A stretch of 64,000 nucleotides of DNA from assembly GCA_002633005.1 (NCBI GenBank), contig NMRA01000356.1, positions 133,540 through 197,539 of the forward strand, read 5' to 3'. This stretch comes from Phoronis australis (lineage: Eukaryota; Animalia; Phoronida). The stretch's first letter is position 1. The number at the start of each line of letters is the position of its first letter. A model generated the notes under the pieces. That model did no database searches. It was not told the DNA's origin and saw only the letters and a program-made list of their open reading frames with translations. Positions 35,701 through 50,700 of this stretch are shown here, one piece after another. A program made the position numbers and the translations under genes.

Positions 35701-38700
35701 TCTATTTCTATCTCTTGACTGTTGCCACAACTTTAGAATGAGCTTGTCTATTCAGTCCCTGGCTCGGCTGATTCTGCAACACTCATGATTGCCCAGGGTA
35801 GTATAAAATTCAAAATCTAATCACCCTGTAGTTTCCTCTCCACCAGATGTCACTCTTTAAGTACAATTATTGTTCACTTATTTAACACAAGATTATTTTT
35901 TATTAGTTTATTTAGTTCACAGTCAAGTAAAATGACTTACAAGAAGAACAAAATGCAAATACGGTCAAAATTGGCAAAATTGAGAGTGCCCTTTTGGCCC
36001 AGAGATGACATAATAGAAAAGAGGAATTTGTCAAAATTTTTATCAAAATAACTGTTCAAAAATTTGCTATCATCGTTTACAATGCATGTTCTGTATCAAT
36101 TGCTAAACAAGTCTGAACATTTTTGTAGCAATTATTTTTGTGTGAAAGAACTAGACCTAGAATTATCACTTGTCATTTAGATTTACGTTTTCAATGCAGA
36201 CTAAATAGCTCACAAAAATCTCTCAACAATATTGCCTAGTTTGGGCTGTAGTAGTTCTGTTGAGGTGAAAGGATAGCTTTTGTTTAACATGAGCCCAGTC
36301 TTTGTTGATTATCAGTGAGAGTTTATCACAAGTTTGTACTTGGAGATAACCACCTGTAGTCACCTGCTGCCATTCCCATGATATCATTCTACATGTGACC
36401 AAGATTATATTCAACCGATTCCATCTGTTTTCATCAGATGTAATGACAGGAAAATTGTAGCAATATTTTAGCTTTAAATAATGCACATTTTAGTTTTAAA
36501 ACAACTTAGAGCCTGCGCAAATAAGGGATGTGAACAGTTTAGTCTGGAAAGAGTGACTGAAGGGATAACTTTGAAATGGGATTTAATTTTTTTTTCGTGC
36601 TTAGTACATGCATTATGATAAATATTACAAAAAATAATTCCTCTAGAGAGTAATTTGGGCATTTTTCAAGTAGCAATTTTGTTTTTATATAGCACATTTT
36701 GTTGTTGAACTTCACAGGTTTCTGCTTCATACTGTATAATCTAACCACCCATGGAGCACAGACAGCTAACTGGTTGTCACCAGAATTGTCTCAGCAATAT
36801 GTAAATGCCTGTGTTTGGATTGGCAGTATTATTTCCAAAGAATTACTGAAAAGTCAGATGAATTTGCTTATACTTAGCAGAACAAACCCTATTGATTTCA
36901 GGTGAATCCAGCTTAAGACAGGATTTGTATTTTAAAAACCTTTGAGGATTCTTCGACTTGAGGTCATTTTGATTTCCTGACCTTTATGTGTGTTAACGTC
37001 TCATACTCATTACCATATTCCAAGATTGTATCTCATTCAGTTTCTATGTATTGTCATGAATAACAATTGAAGCTATGATTGGCCACTAATAATAAATGAA
37101 ATTTTGTATATTTAAGTGAATAAGCTTACATTCTGAACTGTATTTGATGGGATATTACCTGTCAGTAGCCAGCCAGTGATAAGATGTAGTGTTAGGTTTG
37201 TAATAAGTAAACAGTCTTGTGCTTTTTTGTCATGATGCAATATCATCGCCGATTTTTCTGGATAAACCAGACCTGAGTTATCGGTGAGTATACCTCACTT
37301 CACTGAGTAATCATCAGCTACAGATGGTTAGGTTCTGATCACACATGTTGAACCCACCCTAGCTACCAAATAGGTGACACTACTTTGTGGTTTAATTGTC
37401 ATGATGTGATGTATTATTGGTATGTTGATTGCAGGGCTCCACAAGTCATTGTGATGCAGCTATGCCTCCATTGGCCTCATGTGAATGTCACTATAATGAA
37501 TCTGGTAAGAAATTTTTTCTGGAGCAAAATTCTCAAATTTTAATTAACGTGTTAAAACATGTTGACATAGTAAAGATACGTGGTAGACCACAAACATATT
37601 TTTGTAGGTGCTAATTAAATCACCATGTTATGATAGAAAAGTTTCTATATGTTTCTAATTTTACATTCTTATTTCTGTTGCTTCAGTCTGTATTTTGTGA
37701 ATTTAGTTAATATGCTGCTTCAAATTTTGACAAAAGTAAGTGCCATGTTGCCATTTTTACTTTGGAAGGCTTCATAACATTGGTGCAAATACTCAAATAG
37801 TATAGTGTACCATGTGCTCTTTTATAATGAAGCAATTGTTCTTAAGACCGTGTGTAACAAAAAATGCCTAACAGTGGTTTGGATATCTGTACTTCTGCCA
37901 TGATAGTATATGATAGTTTTGTTTGAATCTGGTTCAGTCTTTTGCGAGATTTGGTGTTGTGAAGTTACTGCCAGATGTGGACTGTTCTCTTGGGTTACAC
38001 AATTTTTAACACTTCTTTTTCATTTATTGAGAAATTACATCAGGTACAGTTAGTGTTTTGTGTCTTTTTGCCATGTTGTCTCTAATCTGGAGGTTTTGCA
38101 GTATTTATAGTTTTCTTCTTAAAGACCTGGTACCTTGTAAAACTGGTGCAATTACTCCGTTCTATCATTAATAGCCATTGCTAGTTTTTCTTTTAAACTC
38201 AACTGTTCCCTACAAAGCAATTAAACATCAGATATTGATGAGGTTTCCAGTTTCATATAAGATATGGCTCTGCAGGCAGGCAGCCAATATGTTAGCAGAT
38301 GTGCCAATAACTTGACAAACTATGATGTATGCATTTTGAAGGAAATTTCATTTTCTTTTTATTGTATTTGCCTGTTTAATTCTTCACAATATGTTCTTTG
38401 AAAATCATTCTCTAATCCTTACAGGATTCATTCCCCCATTGCCTAGGTTGGACATCTTACACAGGATCCCTCTAACATTAGGCTGGCCCAATAATGAAGA
38501 CTCGCTGGTGTGCCTAAACTGTGTCTACGTGTTGCAAAGGTTCCGTAACAACTCGGTCAATGCAAAATGGGAGCACATCATGACTGTAAGTCTTGTTACT
38601 TGTTGAAAGGAAATTTCTCTTAGTCTGTGGCTTTGTCACAAAATTTGTTTGTTTTTTGCTTTTTGTTCACATGCTGCTGATCATAATTCTTATTAGATCA

Positions 38701-41700
38701 AATAAAATTTACACACGTTTTTTTATGAATGGCTCGAAGTCTATAGCTCTTTCTTACAATTGGACGTAAGATGACACTGCAGTAGCCATTTTTTCCTTCT
38801 TTTATTTGCAGAACCATGGCTCTGCTGTTTCTGGTGGGATTTTTATTTTTTTTCTGTGGACAGTTCATTTTAAGGGCTATCACAAATGTGCCATTTGTTT
38901 TTCTCTAGATCTTACCATTCTCGAGTTATTTGATGTTTTCCGAGTACCTCTCTCTAATTAAATGCATTTTTTGCCGTGTTTTTGGCATCCCTTGACGGAT
39001 CTGTCTGAAAGTTTGGTGTGTGGATTTATTGTTTAAAGCACAGTCAGCATTTTGAAACCTGTTTGTGAGATTGGAAAATTCAAAGATCAGGCAAAGCATT
39101 CAGTTGAGCAACGGCGTTGAAAAACAATGATAAAAATGTGTATTTTCCCACTCAAATATCGTAACGTGCCACAGAGACTGAGTGTTTATTAGCCAAAGAT
39201 AAATGGATTGCATGCATTTTAGGAGCTAGTAATTTTTTTGTGAGACAAGTTTTCACAAAGACATTGGCATTTTTAAGGACTCTCGATTATATTAGGAGTA
39301 GGTGCTAAGTTGAGTATGGTCATTTAAGAAATTGGAAAGTTTCGGGTGAACACTAATCTGGATGCATGAGTGGAAAGTAGTACAAGAATAACATTTTTTC
39401 TAAGAATGCTATGTTTTGTTGTTTCTACAAAATGATCCCATGTCACAGGTATTTTCAACATGTTTTCTAAGTGTCCGCTGATCAGAATTGCTATTTGTAT
39501 GGCTTCTCATTTTTTTCTCACTGGCTCAAAGGTGTTCTATATTTTTGAAGTTTCTAAAATGCGAGTCTCATCATAATTTGCAGACCACGGACGTACAGTA
39601 TGAGTCTGATGATAATTGTCAACCACAATTCTATCGTTTGGCAGCTGTCAGTCCAGATGGGTGCATGGGCTTCTCAGACATCTTACCTGTTGCAGGTGAG
39701 CTAATGGGGATTTGTTACTAAATAATCATACTAAAAGATAGTGACTTGTGGAAATCTAGGAAATGTCTGCTGGTATACAGCAAAGTTTAATTATCAGTTC
39801 TAGTTAAAGATAATGTCTGCTTGTATAAGGAGCCATTTATGATAGATGGTTAACTCGGTCCAAAAAGTAATGTCATGATCAAGCTTTTCATCAGTGGATA
39901 AAAATAGTTCATCTCTGATAAAGAAGCGGAATGACTTCCTCTTATTCAGGTTTGTTGGTACCTGATCCTGTTTATGGCCTTCAGTGGACTTCAAACATCA
40001 TGTACAAAGATGGTTATTTTGAAGCTGCCATTACATGGGGATTGCCCAGGGGTAAGTATGTGATATTCAGGTGCCTTGTACTTGTGATTACCTTTTTTCA
40101 ACAGAAACAAGTCTAGCAAGTAAGCAATTGTTGAGTTGTCACTCTCAGCAATAGTGTGTTGTATAGTTCAATCTGAGTGCTTTCCGTAGATGCAAGAAAC
40201 ACGCTAAGCACTAGTGTCAACAAATCTTTGCTTATGTAGCAGAAACTTGCAGTAGATTCAACAACATTATTCAACATTCCAACATCAGCGACCAAACAGT
40301 GGCTGTGCTAATGGTGTTCTAATGAAATCCCAAGCATACCCACGAAATGTGCATTTCACTGGCGCAATTTTGCTTTTTTGCATGGAATGCAGTTCTGGTG
40401 TTAGTCAACACTAAGTGAGCCAAAGGTGACCTATTTTGGGGTATTTATGTTACAGGCTGGTCAGAAGAGGAAATCCAGAAGTATGATATTTCATCCAAAG
40501 TGGTTAATAAAGAGCCTGGCAGTGTGATCGCAGCACCAATCTTTAAGGTGACAAGTCAAGCACTTTGCCTGGTCCACATTACCATGTACTGGGTCAATAT
40601 ATACTAGAACAGCTTTTGCCAAGTACCAACTATCTTGGAAACGCTGGTCTAAGTTCCTGTGGTGTAAAGCAGAGCAATTAACCCATTAGAAATGGCTTCA
40701 ACAGTAACTTTTTCAATTATGGTTGAAAAATGAATCGTGCGTCAACATGCATGATTTGGGTGTCTGTTTTATGAAAAGTGAGTGAAGAAGTAAGTCAGAA
40801 ATTTTGGTTTACGCTCCCACATCACAGATCCCTACACAAAGGGCTGCTCAGAACGCTAAACAGTAGATAAGATAGATATCGGGATTTAAAACCCCAAGTG
40901 TGTCCTGAAAACAACCTGAACAGGATATTTTGGGATGATCTTTAGTCGCTTTGTTTTATACTGTTTTGACATTGATTGTAGACGTTGTCATCCTCTTCAC
41001 TACTCCCACCGTCATCATCGTTATCCGTGTTGTTTTGTGTTCAATTTCACCTTCTGGTTGAATGCATGTAGCGCCACCTTGGGCCTATTTTTGTCATCAT
41101 AATGTCAGCATGATGGTCATCTTCAACCTCGGCATCATTATGAATGTCTTGTGTTACTATCATCTTTGTTGGTGTCATCATCATCATTATTGCCAATATT
41201 TTTTTCTAGTCTATTTCACGAAGTGCTATCTTTGTAAAACACTTTCATACTTCTATTCTCAGCCACTGTAATGCAATATTGTCAGTGGTGTAAATATTAT
41301 GTTCTTTGGCCTATTGTTTGTGCTTGTGTTAAATTTTATACGTTTTCTCTTCTTGCAGTTAACTGGCAATAATTCAATGGTCATCAAACTTTTCAAAACC
41401 ACCTATGGGATGGTTTATGAACTACACATCCTAGCCGTTTCTCATTGTTCAATAAAGGGGGAGCCTGCAGTACTACGCATGGATCTAATGGATTGTAACA
41501 CTATTCAAAACTTTGAATGTCCTAATGCACCAACTACTCCAGGTAAGAAGTAACTACAATCTAATTAAGGACAACTTATGACCAATCTAAAAAAGACATA
41601 AGAAAGTTCCTTTGAAGTGATTTATTTTCTCTGGCACCTGTTGAGAACACCTAATATGGCAGTTAAGGGATTTTTTTCATAAGTGATAAGCAGTACAAAA

Positions 41701-44700
41701 TAAATGCTCTCTATTTTTAGTTATACACCATGCCTTCCATCAGAACGTGTTTTGTGAAATTATGGCCTCGTACAATGTGTGAAGTTTTGAAATAGAAACA
41801 TCTATTTTGCAATTATTTTTGTCTGAATATGGTGCCGTAAAATGAGTGGCAATAGAAAATTGGAGCTGGGTAAACCTAAAATGGAAGGTAGTGTGCAAAA
41901 TGCAGCACTCACAAAATATCAATGCCAGTCGAGGCAAGTGATGCATGAGACACAGTAAAAGTAATGTGGCAAAATTTTAGGTCCGTCTGGGTTTGTCATT
42001 CCAGCTGCTTTCATCATGAACTACATTGCACCCAGCTGTCCAGCTTGTCATATTGTCCAGTGTCCTCACTGATTGAAACTTTTGGTGACGTAAAACTAAT
42101 TTATTGTCATTGTCATGTTTAGTGTAATAATACTATTTGATTTTGTACTGTGTCCTGTAAAATAACATGGTCACCAGTAGTGTGACAAGAAGAGTGGAAG
42201 GGTGCCTGGGAAATTCACAGCATTGTGGGTAAATTATTCAAATGTTTAGTCTCACTGTTGTATTTAGGATGTTCCGTTGTTTTTTGTCCTTGATGGACTG
42301 AACAACTGATTACAACAAAGCTTTTGTGGATTTTATACTAGACATTTTATAGCAGTATGTAACAGGCAAAAATTCCTCCCTTTTTTCTCATTATTTTTTC
42401 TATGATTGTCAATGTGAAAGCATAGGGCATCAAATGACTCTACTCTGTAAGGCATTTGGTATATTCTTCAGTAAATCATTTCTAATCATTAACTGCCTCT
42501 AACTACTTGGTATAATTCCTGCTGTTTCAGCAGGACCTCCAGAGTTGGCCGGATCACCAACCATCAGATATGATGAGGACAATGACAATGTGTTTATTGT
42601 CTCCTGGCGGTCTGACTCTAGCCATGTTGATAGATATGCTCTACAGTGGGGGACATATTATACCTTCATGATGTTCGTCTTGTTTGATCGTATTATTAAT
42701 GAAACCATTCTGTGGACTGTAAGTAACATTTGTGAATACTTGATGTATTTTTTCTTTTAAAGTTTGGATTTTGTTGTCTGGTGAGTGTCAGCAACAGCGT
42801 GTGCTACACATTTTGTCTTCCTATCCACGTGACAGCTGGTCGAGTCAAATTTTGATGGACAGAGCTGACTATGACTGCCCGATAGTGGCAATCTTATTTT
42901 TTGTACGTGACTCAATGAATCAATGATATACATTTTTTGATGGATCACATTTGTGTTGTGCCCATTAGTAACAATTTTTAGCATTTCGGAGCTTGCTTAG
43001 ATTCTTCTTATCTGAAGTACTTCACGGTAATTCACATTTGTCAAAACTTTCCTTTTAGTTGACATTTTAATAGTATGTACCCTTAAAAACACTTGTATTA
43101 ATTTGAACAGGGTATGTCTTATACACTTATTGGAAGTAGTACGGTGTACATTAGATAGGGCTCAGTTGATAAAGATATTTGTTTTGTTTAACAGCCAAAA
43201 GATATTTGTTTTGTTTAACAGCCAGTCACATCTGCTCGCATTGACACCAGCGAATATCAAGGCAAGGACATTGGTGTTAGGGTACGTATGACATGGTCTT
43301 TCCAACAAGCGGTTTTTAAGTTTGAAGAATAAGTTCATAGTAAATACCTAATGATTTTTTTCAAAAGTGTCATTGAGTAAGTATTTGTGTCATAAAAATT
43401 CTATTCACACTGTTGAATACACTTTCCAAAAGTATTTTTTGTTGCATCTTACATTTGAGACATGATGGATAACCCAGTTATGGGTGAAAAGTCCAAGTTT
43501 TTCATGTTTTCTGCTTTTTTTATATAGACAACTATTGATGTCCGCATTCAAAGTTTTAATCTCTCAGAAATAGACAACCTTCATATAACTATGAATTGCA
43601 TTATGATTTAGATTGTGCCTTTGGCTGAGGGGCAAGCTCCACCCACTTCTGACGACTTTGGCTTTTCAAAGATCTGGCGTCTGAATGACCCCAGTAAGTG
43701 AGCTTTTATAACAGTATACTGTCTAATTTTTATGCGCCCACATATTTATATGTGGACGCATTATGCCGTCATCTCTGTCCGTCCGTCCGTCCGGGCGGCG
43801 TCCGTCCGGCGTCCGCTGCTCTATATCCAAAACCCTTTGACATACGTTCATGAAATTTGGCACATATGTTCCATTCATGAATGGGACGGCATGTGCGAAC
43901 TTTCGGACGGATCCGACTACCGGTGTGCCCCCTAGTGGCAATTTTAGTTTTTTACGCTTACCTTTGTATCTTCAAAAGTCCTGAACGGATTTTCATGAAA
44001 TTTGGTATGTAGGCACCTAGTAGTGAGATGACGCTATCCTGCCGTTTTCGGATGGATTCGACATAGTTTGCGCCACCTAGTGGCCATTTTTACTGTTTTC
44101 GAGTCTGTTTTTGTGCTTCCACCCCTCTATCAACCAAACCGCTCAAAGGATGATTGTGAAAATTGGCATGTATGTGCTTACTATGTAGAGGACGGTTGAC
44201 GATGATTTTCCGACGATTTCGACTACTGTGGCGCCTCCTAGTGGCAGTTTTGTTTTTTTTGCGCCTATGGCTGTATCTCCTAAACCGTTCGCAGGATCTT
44301 TACGAAATTGTGTAAGTATATTTATATGATGTTAACAACGGAAGATGACGACTTTTGGACGGATCCGACTACCGGTGTGCCCCCTAGTGGCAATTTTAAT
44401 TTTTTTACGCTTACCTTTGTATCTTCACAAGTCCTTATTGGATTTTCATGAAATTTGGTATGTAGGCACCTATTAGTGAGATGACGCTATCCTCCCGTTT
44501 TCAGATGGATTCGACATAGTTTGCGCCACCTAGTGGCCATTTTTAGTGTTTTCGAGTCTGTTTTTGTGCGTCCACCCCTCTATCAACCAAACCGATCAAA
44601 GGATGATTGTGAAAATTGGCATGTATATGCTTACTATGTAGAGGATGGTTGACGATGATTTTCCGACGATTTCGACTACTGTGGCGCCTCCTAGTGGCAG

Positions 44701-47700
44701 TTTTGTTTTTTTGCGCCTATGGCTGTATCTCCTAAACCGTTCGCAGGATCTTTACAAATTGTGTAAGTATATTTATATGATGTTAACAACGGAAGATGAC
44801 GACTTTTGGTCGGATCCGACTACCGGTGTGCCCCCTAGTGGCAATTTTAGTTTTTTACGCTTACCTTTGTATCTTCAAAAGTATTGAACGGATTTTCATG
44901 AAATTTGGTATGTAGGCACCTATTAGTGAGATGACGCTATCCTACTGTTTTCAGATGGATTCGACGTAGTTTGCGCCACCTAGTGGCCATTTTTACTGTT
45001 TTCGAGTCTGTATTTTTGCGTCCACCCCTCTATCAACCAAACCGCTCAAAGGATGATTGTGAAAATTGGCGTGTATGTGCTTACTATAAGGAAGACAGCT
45101 GACAATGATTTTCAGACGATTTGGACTACTGTGGCGCCTCCTAGTGGCAGTTTTGTTTTTTTGCGCCCATGGCTGTATCTCCCAAACCGTTTGCAGGATC
45201 TTTACTAAATTTAGCAAGTGTATTTATGTGATGTTGACAACGGACGATGACGACTTTAGGATGATTCTGATTACCGGTATGCCTCTAGTGGCAATTTTAG
45301 TATTTGCCTCTAGTGGCAATTTTAGTATTTTACATTGACCTCTGTATTTTCATAGGTCTTCAGGTGTATACTTTGTGTTACTTCGTGACTGTGAAGGAAA
45401 AGTTCCAAGTAGAAATTTGTTTCTGGCATTCTAATGCTGTGCTAATCTCGTATGTTGGTAAATTTGTTTTTAATTCTATGTTTCTGTGGTGCTTTAAGCA
45501 ACTGGTGTATAGGATGTGCTTGTATTATGAAGATTACTCACATTTTGCCCCTAGCCTATTGAGGAGACAATGACCATGCCTTTCCATTTTGCAAAGTATG
45601 CCCTCTACTGGCCACTTTATGATACCAATAAACAACCCTAGAAGGATACCGTATGCGGTGCAATTGTGGGCGCATTTCAACGCTCCGCGTTGCTCTTGTA
45701 CTTATTTGGGGAAGCAGACAATGTTAGATTTATAAATAAAGTTTTTGCAAGGGGGCATGGTCGTTTAAATGGCCTGATTCATAGGTGCTTTGTTCGTAAT
45801 GTGTTTGGTCAACAACCAAGATTTTTAATAAAATTATACCGTTGTTTTGCCTGTTATGTTTTTGGTATTTTGTTAATTTCTTCATCCCTTACATTATTGG
45901 GTTAGCCTAGTCCATGTTTTTGAAACACTTTGTAGTTTATGTGACAATTTGCAGACTCCCTGTTTTTCCATATTTTCACAATAAACTGGCCATGCTAAGA
46001 GATGTAATAGAAACGTGATTAAACTGCCATGTTTCCAAACTTGCACGCTACTGATGTATCACATGTATGGTGAATATGTGAGAGTATAATGAATTAAAAA
46101 TTAGCTGCTACAACAAAGGGTCTTCCTTTATTCAGCAAATGTGACAATTTTTGCCCCACAACATGTGTCATCAACTACTACGATTTTGTTAAAAGTGAGT
46201 CTCACACGTGCTTGCTGTCAACCTTGTTATTGCCGATCATCTATATTATATCTATATTATATAGTAAATGGAAAACCAAACACTGAAGTTTCATCAACAT
46301 TCAAACTATTAAGAAACACATCATTACGGCATTTTCCCGTTGATCCAACTTCTTCGATTCTATTCTCCAACAAGTTGGGAAGGTGACCCCTGTAGCCAAT
46401 ATCTTACCCGACTGATTAACTCCATTCTGGCATTTATGGTTGGAGGGCCAGCACCATTTTGTTCGATAATTGCTCTAATCTCCAATAAGATCTAGCCTGA
46501 TTGCTGTGCTGTTAAAAATAAAAGTTGAGTTATAACATATTTGAACATAAATCAAGAGCATTGAATTCTTTGTCAGATGCTGATCATGTTTAGTTTTTGA
46601 ATTCGCCAAAATAGCCCAATCACAACTGAATTTACGACAATCTGTTCTTTCTTAACATACCAATTTGCTCTGGGTTTGACTGTGTTCAGAGGTGGTCTGT
46701 AATAAGCCTGCCTGTTGTCATACCAGACAAAAGAGTGCTTGGCAGTTAACAAAGGAGCTAGATTTTATCACATGCTCACAACCCTCTATGTCTGGTAAAG
46801 TCACTGAATGGAAGAATGCCATAATGCTCACATGCTCACTGCATTGCTACACATGTTATCATGTGTTGGTTGCTGACTGATGGGCCAAAATTTGGTCAGA
46901 AGAAAGTAAACGTGTCTTTGTGTTTTAATTATTGCTGTAGAGAAATATGATAAGATACAATTTATCTGCATTTCTCCCCTGTTTAGCTGCTTATGTTGAA
47001 TTCTTAACCGTAGCGCCTCGGGTTTAAAAACATTTACCACACTCGTCCTATCTTGAATTATTGCCAAATAATTAGGCATCAACTCAACTCACTAGCATTG
47101 CGTACATGTACCATTTTCAAATTTATTGTTTGCCAACCCTAATAAACTCTGAAGCATTTTGTTGAGTTGCTGATGATTTCTATGTTCTTGTTGTTAACAG
47201 AAAGAGAAACAGAATCTTGTCACAGTATGGAATATTATAAGATCTAATTTGAAAAAAGAATGCTCATCAATTTTGTGGAATTACTTCCCGACATAGGTTT
47301 GTTGGTCCCTGGACCTGTTCATGGCCTACATTGGACTTCGAACATCACGTACAAGGGAGATGTTTTTGGAGGTGGTTACTTTGAAGCCGTCATATCCTGG
47401 GACTTACCTAAAGGTAAGCCTGTTATGTGATCAACAGAGTGAACACCACTTTTTGACAAAAAGGGCCCCTGGAAGATAGTTAGTTCTTAAATTGTGACAA
47501 GTAATTACTGTTTCATGTTCTAACTGCTTCAAATTAATTTTGTAAGCGATAATTGTGCTGAAAAAGGTGACACATGCGAGAGGTGAGTATGCTAGATGCT
47601 AAAAGTATCTAGTAACAAAATGCTAAGCCGTGACAGCAGAGCGCAAATAGAATTTCCGATATAATAACCAAGTTTACCAAAAAGTCCACGAGTCATTTTC

Positions 47701-50700
47701 GCTGCTTACAAAATTTGCCATCATGATGTTTGTCCAATGACATGGTTAGCACGTGTCTGACCCCCGGTTGGGAAAGAGATCTTTTCCAACTTAAGGTTAT
47801 CTACGACCTTAATAAACAATGGTTACCTTAACTCTAAATCAAATATCAAAAAACTATGCTTTGTCAACCATTAAAAGTATATACTTTCTGAAAGGAGGAA
47901 GATCGAGGATTCTAAAAATATACATCTTACTACATGACTATGTCTTTATTATTGTCACGTGACTACGTATTTAAGTCAAATTTTCATGTGAAAGAAAGTT
48001 ATATCAGTAGGAAAATTACCTCCCAGCTGATTTTACTAAAAATTTTGAAATGAAAACTTTATGTTATGTCTCAAAAACGGTGTTTGGAGTTTTTTGATTA
48101 ATCATTTAGTTTGGGTTTTATGCCATATTAACTTGCAAATAGGCAGTCTAAACATTGGGCATTTTTTGCAAAAAAAAACAGCCTTGCTTATAATATATTG
48201 CTCGGTATGCGGGTATTAATTGCCAAACTAAGTGAATACTCAAAAAATTCCCAATACCGCTGTTGAAACATAACGTAAAGTTTTCATTTACAATTATAGT
48301 TTTTAGTAAAATCGGCTAGGTCATTTTGCTACAAATGTACCTTCTTTTGTGCACATTAAAATTTTACTTAAAAATGTAGTGACATGATAACAAAACAGTA
48401 ATAAGAAGCATATTTCAAGAATCCTTGATCTTTCTTCTTTCAGAAAATATATACTTTTAATTGTTGACAAAGCATAGTTTTTTCGATCATATTTGACTTA
48501 GAGTTGAGGTCGTTTATTAAGTTCTAGATAACCTTAACTATAGGTCATGTGATGTGACCAACATGTTAGGTGTATGAAGACTATTAATTCTTACTCACAT
48601 GATATCAACACACTGATTTATAACAACACAGTTATATACTTTAAAGTTTGCTTCAGTCAATCACTACAGTTATCAGGCATCAAAACTTTTATTCTTCAAC
48701 CTCTGATCCAGGGTGGTTAATGTGAAAAATTAGTTTTTCGTTTTATCATTTGGGGGGCATTGAAATTCCCGACTGTGGTATATGATCCCAAAGCAGTGTT
48801 TAAGAATAGTGACAATTTTAATTTTGCGCACACTACAGGGGGTTCAGTCCGCACTTTGATGTGACCATTGTTCATTCAGTGTGTGGTGTATACGTTGTGT
48901 TTGTTGATAATTACTGGGTTGCCAGTTAGCAATATTGGTGCAGCCATACCCATCCAGTAATCATGATGTCCTACCCGTGATCGACTGACTCTGTTTTTTT
49001 CTCTTTGTGACGTTTACTACTTCATTTAGTCTCTTTACTGTAATGTGTTTTGCTACATCAGTTGCTTTTGAGAAGCATCTTGCAACATCCAAATTTTTCT
49101 CATGAAGGTTACAGATGATGTGCCAAATGCTTTAATGGCCCTGCTATTCCTTATTATGGTTTTCTATGTTCTGGTCCCTGAACATGATTTGGTGGTATTA
49201 TTTTGCAGGTTGGTCACATGCAGATATTCAGAGGTATGAAAGCTCGTCCAAAGTGGTTTATAAACGACCAGAGAGTATTGCAGCTATGCCAATCTTCAAG
49301 GTGAGAATTGCATGTTTTGTTTGCTGCTGTTTCTGCTTGCAATATTTGATGTATTACTACGAAGCCACTGATTCAACTCTCTTATTTGCTGAAATGCAGT
49401 AGGACAACTTCTGATGTAGCGTAATATTGTCCAGCTTGATGTGAAATAACCGATTTGTAATTCATGTCGCCCAGACGTCAGGTGTCGCTATTTGCTATTT
49501 AACAAATCAGATGCTGCAGAAACCACAAATCCTGACCAATAAACAATGTTGACCGATCTCTCAGCTGTATCAGTTGATATGAACCTCAGGACAGCACTAT
49601 TGCTCTCTCATCTCTCAGCTGTATCGGTTGATATCACCCCCAGGATTGGTCCGTATCTGTATATTATACCATGATGCATAATATCGGTTTTGAAATTATT
49701 CAAGTTAACCAGGATAAGCAGTAGTTAGTGTTTGTAGCGTTTCATTTTTAAAAACTAAGGTAGAATTACTATTATATAATTAAATTGAATGTTTTCTTAC
49801 AATGCAACTTTGCTTATAGGTGGTTTTGTTTGTTTTTTTTTGTTAATTCTGTATATATTTAGCTTACAATATGGTCCACAAGTGAAATTTTATTTGTCAA
49901 ATTTTTCCACAAAAATAAAGTTTAAGTGAAATTCAGCTTATTTTGTGCTGTGTAGATGTCATAAAACAACATGTAGTAACTTAAAGGTAAACAGCCTTTG
50001 AAAAATAGGAAATTGACAATTTTGGCAATTATTTTAGTGTGAAATGATAAGTTAAGAATTGCCATACCTGTACATGGTGACTGCACCTCATTGCGCACTC
50101 ACTATTAGTAAATCTTTCACCTGTGATGGAAATTTTCCCAAAAAAAGTTTATTTGGATCTATATTCTTAGTTATTATAATTGTTCTTACAGTCAATCCAC
50201 AACAATTCAATGGCTGTCAAACTATTCCACACCGCCTATGGAATAATTTATGATCTACGCATCATAGCTTTTTCCCGTTCTTCAGTCAAGGGTGACCCAG
50301 CTGTCCTACGCATGGATTTAACGGATTGTAAAGCTATTCAAAAGTTTGAATGTCCTGAAGCACCAACAACTACAGGTATAAAATAAAATGCTGTACAACC
50401 TAAAGAGACAACAAGACTAAGTACAACCTAAGTGACAACAAGACTAAGTACAACCTAAGTGACAACAAGACTAAGTGCAACCTAAGTGACAACAAGACTA
50501 AGTACAACCTAAGTGACAACAAGACTAAGTACAACCTAAGTGACAGCAAGACTAAGTACAACCTAAGTGACAACAAGACTAAGTACAACCTAAGTGACAA
50601 CAAGACTTAGTACAACCTAAGTGACAACAAGACTAAGTACAACCTAAGTGACAACAAGACTAAGTACAACCTTAGTGACAGCAAGACTAAGTACAATCTA

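Noticed and set aside
35737-35797. Possible extra RTK exon [20 protein letters not shown]
   Set aside because: Phase 0-1 is incompatible with the next exon (phase 0 start); exons 1 and 2 already join in frame
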